A stretch of 63,935 nt of DNA, the filler included, from Hausera hauseri (lineage: Eukaryota): the NCBI GenBank assembly GCA_046269625.1. It is 12 parts of 12 records of this genome, joined end to end, with 100 filler letters (N's around TTAATTAATTAA, not from the genome) between each part and the next. Parts side by side here need not be neighbours in the genome. Positions count along the whole stretch, not along the records: positions 59,958 to 63,935 come from JBJURY010843968.1; 11 more parts are not named here. One strand, written 5' to 3'. Position numbers and translations under genes: made by a program. A model generated the notes under the pieces. The model made no database searches and was not told the origin of the DNA. It saw only the letters and a program-made list of their open reading frames with translations. This document shows positions 60,265 to 63,935 of the stretch, one piece after another (positions within the stretch are counted from its first letter, which is position 1; each line of letters opens with the position of its first letter).

Positions 60265-63200
60265 ATGTTTAATGAACAGAATCCTGCTGTGACAGCACAG
60301 CCTGCTTTGGCAGCACAGCCTGCTTTGGTAGCGCATCCTGCTGTGACAGCACAGACTGCTTTGGCAGCAAGGCCTGATACAAAACGCCCATCAGAAGTAG
60401 CAGCAGATGCTCCATCAAAGAGTCAAAGACAGAGGCCAGTTGATGCAGCTACACTGAAGAGCAAAGTGCGGCAATACTTCATTTCAGCAGTGGGGCAGAC
60501 ATCGGTCGATGAATTCCTGCAATATTCAAAGGAGCAGGCAGCAGTATTTTTCCAAGACAACTTGTTGGAGCTGAAGGCTCTTAAGGTGCACTTCAAATTG
60601 AAATCCACCTTCACCAATGTCAAAGGAGAACTGTCTAGTAGAGCCTTCAGGACACTATTGAAGAACAGGACACTATTAAAATCCTTTAACATTAAGGATT
60701 TCATTACTGAGGATTATGCAAGGCTCATCCGCGAAGCCGACGAAAGCCAGGACAAGAAGAGTTGTTGGACTTTAGCAACAATAGAGGGGCTATTTGTACA
60801 TGTACACAAGTATTCTTTCATGAGAGGCAACTCCTACATACCGCTTCCTGAATGGATAGTTAAGAAAAAGGCATGTGTCAATGTTCATAATAATGATAAC
60901 ATGTGTTTCCTGCATGCCATTTTATCAAAACTAGTTTAAGATCAACATAATGCTTCCCAAGTTTGGATGTATGACAAAGTGCAGCACACATCACTTCAGC
61001 TGTATTTCATTCCCGTCGAGCCTAAATGAAGTCGTGAAATTTGAAAGCGTGAACAACATCTCTATAAACATCTTAGGATTGGAGGAGGACAAATTTTATC
61101 CATTACATGTGTGCAAGGAGGAATTGGAGGATCATAGGGATCTGCTCCTGTCAAATAATGGACAAAAGAGGCATTTCATTTGGATAAAGAATTTTGAGCG
61201 CCTCGTAGGATCCAAAATATCTAAGCATAAATCAAGGATGGAGACATGCAAGAGATGCTTTACCCATTTTCATTAGGGTACAGCCGCAGAAAAGCTGGAG
61301 GAGCACAAGACCTACTGCAATACAAACTATTGCATTCGAGCAGAATTGTCCAAGGAGGATTACCTGGAATTCAAGGAATACGAGAAGATGCAGAAGGTGC
61401 CGATTGTTTTCTATTGTGAATTTGAGGCCATCCTCAGCCCAGTTCACAGCTGCAGCCCTAATCCCAAACACGGCAGCACAACAGCATACCATTCCTATTC
61501 AGAGGGCCAGACGCAGCAGCACATTTTATGAAGCGATTAGAAGACGTGGCTCATAGGCATGAAAACATGCTTCAGCATCATAAGGATACAATGAGCATGT
61601 CGAAGCAGCAAGAAGATAAATGGTGCAAGGCATCAACATGTTACTTGTGCGACAAGTCCTTCACCAAGGAAAATCATAAAGTCAAGGATCATTGCCATTT
61701 TACAGGTGCATATCGAGGAGCAGCGTGCACCAACTGCAATCTTCGATGCAAAACATGTACATATGTGCCTGTACTGTTCCATAATCTCAGTGGCTATGAT
61801 TCCCATTTCATAGTCCCAGAATTAGGCAACATTGATGGGAATATTGATGTCATTCCCAATAGTGAGGAAAAATAAATCACTTTCACCAAGCATATGGGCC
61901 GCATTAGACTTCGATTCATAGCCAGCTTCCGATTCATGAGCTCGTCACTGGATAGTTTAGTGAAGAACCTCCCTGCAGAAGAACTCAAGGAGACGACGCG
62001 GTTCTTCCCCACTGCATTTGACCTCGTCAAAAGGAAAGGCGTGTTTCCTTATGACTACATAACTTCATGAAGAACACTGGATGAGACCTCATTGGCGGAC
62101 AAGAAGGACTTTTACAGTATCCTCTCTGATTGCGATATCAGTGATGCTGACCACCAGCATGCCCAGAATGTCTGGCATCCATTCAAGTGCCGAACATTAG
62201 GGGAATACAGCGACATATACCTCAAGACGGACGTGCTGCTGCTGACAGATGTCTTTGAGAGATTCAGGGATGTTACAATGAAGAGCCATGCTTTGGATCC
62301 GGCTCATTTCTTTACGGCTCCAGGGATGAGCTGGGCATCTATTCTGAGATATACCGGCATAAGGCTGCAGACATGATCCTTATTATCGAGAGAAGCATTA
62401 GAGGCGGAATATGCCAAGCCATTCACCGGTATAGCGATGCCAACAACAAGTATATGGCCTAGTATCATCCATGCAAGGAATCCTCATATATATCATACCT
62501 GAATGCCAACAACTTGTATGGATATGCAATGAGCGCCCCATTGCCGTATGATAACTTCAAATAGGTCGAGAATCCTGAAAACATCCCTATATTGGACCTG
62601 GATCCCACTAAAGATACGGGATACATACTGGAGATAAATATGGAATATCCGGCTTCTATCCACGCAAGGCATCAACAGCTGCCTTTCTTCCCTGAGAGCA
62701 GACCTCAGTTCCATGAAAAGCATAGAAAGCTGCTCTGTCATTTGGGTAATAGGGAGAGGTATGTAGTCTACTACATCAATCTCCAGCAGGCAGTTAGACA
62801 TGGACTTCGTATTACTAAGATCCATAGAGCTCTGAAGTGCAGCCAGTCCATGTGGATGCAGCCCTACATAGATTTCATTACCAAGCTGCGGACTAATGCC
62901 AAGAACGATTTTGAGAAGGACGAGTTCAAGCTTTACAATAACTCAGTCTTTGGCAAGACCATGGAGAATATACGGAACAAGATCACCATCGAACTGTTAT
63001 GTGACTGGAAGCGAGCAAAAAAGCTTATTGCCAAGCCTAACTTCGACGGCTGCATCATATATGCTGAGAACGTAGTCAGCATTCACATGCAGAAAACATC
63101 CCCGGGATTGAACAAGCCCCTACATGTGGGTATTGCAATACTCGACTTGTCAAAAACCCTGATGTATCATTTCCACTACGACATAATAGTCCCTAAGTTC

Positions 63201-63692
63201 AAGTCAATGCAGCTGATGTATATGGATACTAATAGTTACATCTATCAGATCCATACACAGGACATTTATGAGGACTTTGTCCAGTTGGCTAAACACATGG
63301 ATATCTCGGATTATCCGAAGGATCATCCCAATTATTCAACTGCCAACAAAAGGGTCCTTGGGAAATTCAAAGACGAGCTGGATGTGGCAATAATATCGAG
63401 ATTTGTGGCTCTCAGATCTAATATGTATGCTCTAGACGTATGTGGCCAAGTAAAGAAGAGAGCAAAAGGAGTTCAAAGGGCTACATTGGCCAAGAAGAAA
63501 AGCTTTGAAAATTATGTGACAGTTCTACAGGAGCAGACTCACATCATATCAGAGATAAGACGGATACAATCTAGGGATCATAACATACAAACTGAAAACT
63601 TACAGAAGAAAAGCCTAGATTGGATGGAAGACAAGAGGCAAATCCTAAACGATGCAATCCACACACAACTTCATGAACATGTGGCATGGTAG
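60265..63692 (+). pseudogene. Polinton pPolB, near full length, decayed; same family as 9790-12363
   Basis: Terminal-protein-like region, OTU-like NVHNNDNMCFLHAI / HFIWIKN, EndoVII-like KDHCHFTGAYRGAACTNCN, KGVFPYDY, YLNANNLYG, KLYNNSVFGKT, YMDTNS. Confidence 0.93.
60283..60372 (+). repeat. Five 18-bp in-frame tandem repeats (PA[VL][TAV]A[QH])
   Basis: CCTGCTGTGACAGCACAG and variants x5. Confidence 0.9.
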
Positions 63693-63935
63693 ATATTGTT
63701 ATTCTTTATTATTCTTTTGTTTAATAAATGTTGTATAGAAATATCGTGTTGTTTTCTTGAACAAGTAATAAGGAATATAGGATAAGACCAAGTAAAACTA
63801 AGAAACTACTATATAGGATAAGACCAAATAATTCCATAACAGATTTATTTAGTAACAATATAACTTTGACATAACGCTAAACATTTTTATATGCACAATG
63901 TGAACCATGTTCACGATAAATACATGTAATGTTCT

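Overview
This window is not one locus. It is 12 unrelated AT-rich animal contigs (about 4-6.5 kb each) joined by artificial 100-bp spacers (44 N + TTAATTAATTAA + 44 N), so neighbourhoods mean something only within a contig. A piwi fragment resembles, from memory, triclad (planarian) SMEDWI-type proteins; the host assignment is unverified. Content is mostly mobile DNA: four decayed Polinton/adintovirus-type pPolB genes, a Polinton capsid module, several decayed CsRn1-like Gypsy elements, an intact BEL/Pao ORF, hATm-like, piggyBac and mariner remnants, a MITE, and a mini LTR element. Host-like genes are a double-RING gene, an ARM-TIR-SAM pseudogene, a piwi pseudogene and two TRPC exons. The most striking item is contig 17672-22814 (minus strand), the 3' half of an apparently complex retrovirus-like Gypsy element. 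Its integrase GPY tail runs in frame into a ~420-aa type I membrane glycoprotein with a duplicated 5-Cys module. A splice acceptor and several accessory ORFs follow, including an NLS-bearing protein and a RING E3 ligase, ending at a probable polypurine tract. Other oddities: TG..CA inserts sharing only a Gypsy LTR terminus, an LTR block inverted between Gypsy subfamilies, and the same DTD>DTN change in three pPolB copies. All calls are by eye; no searches were run.
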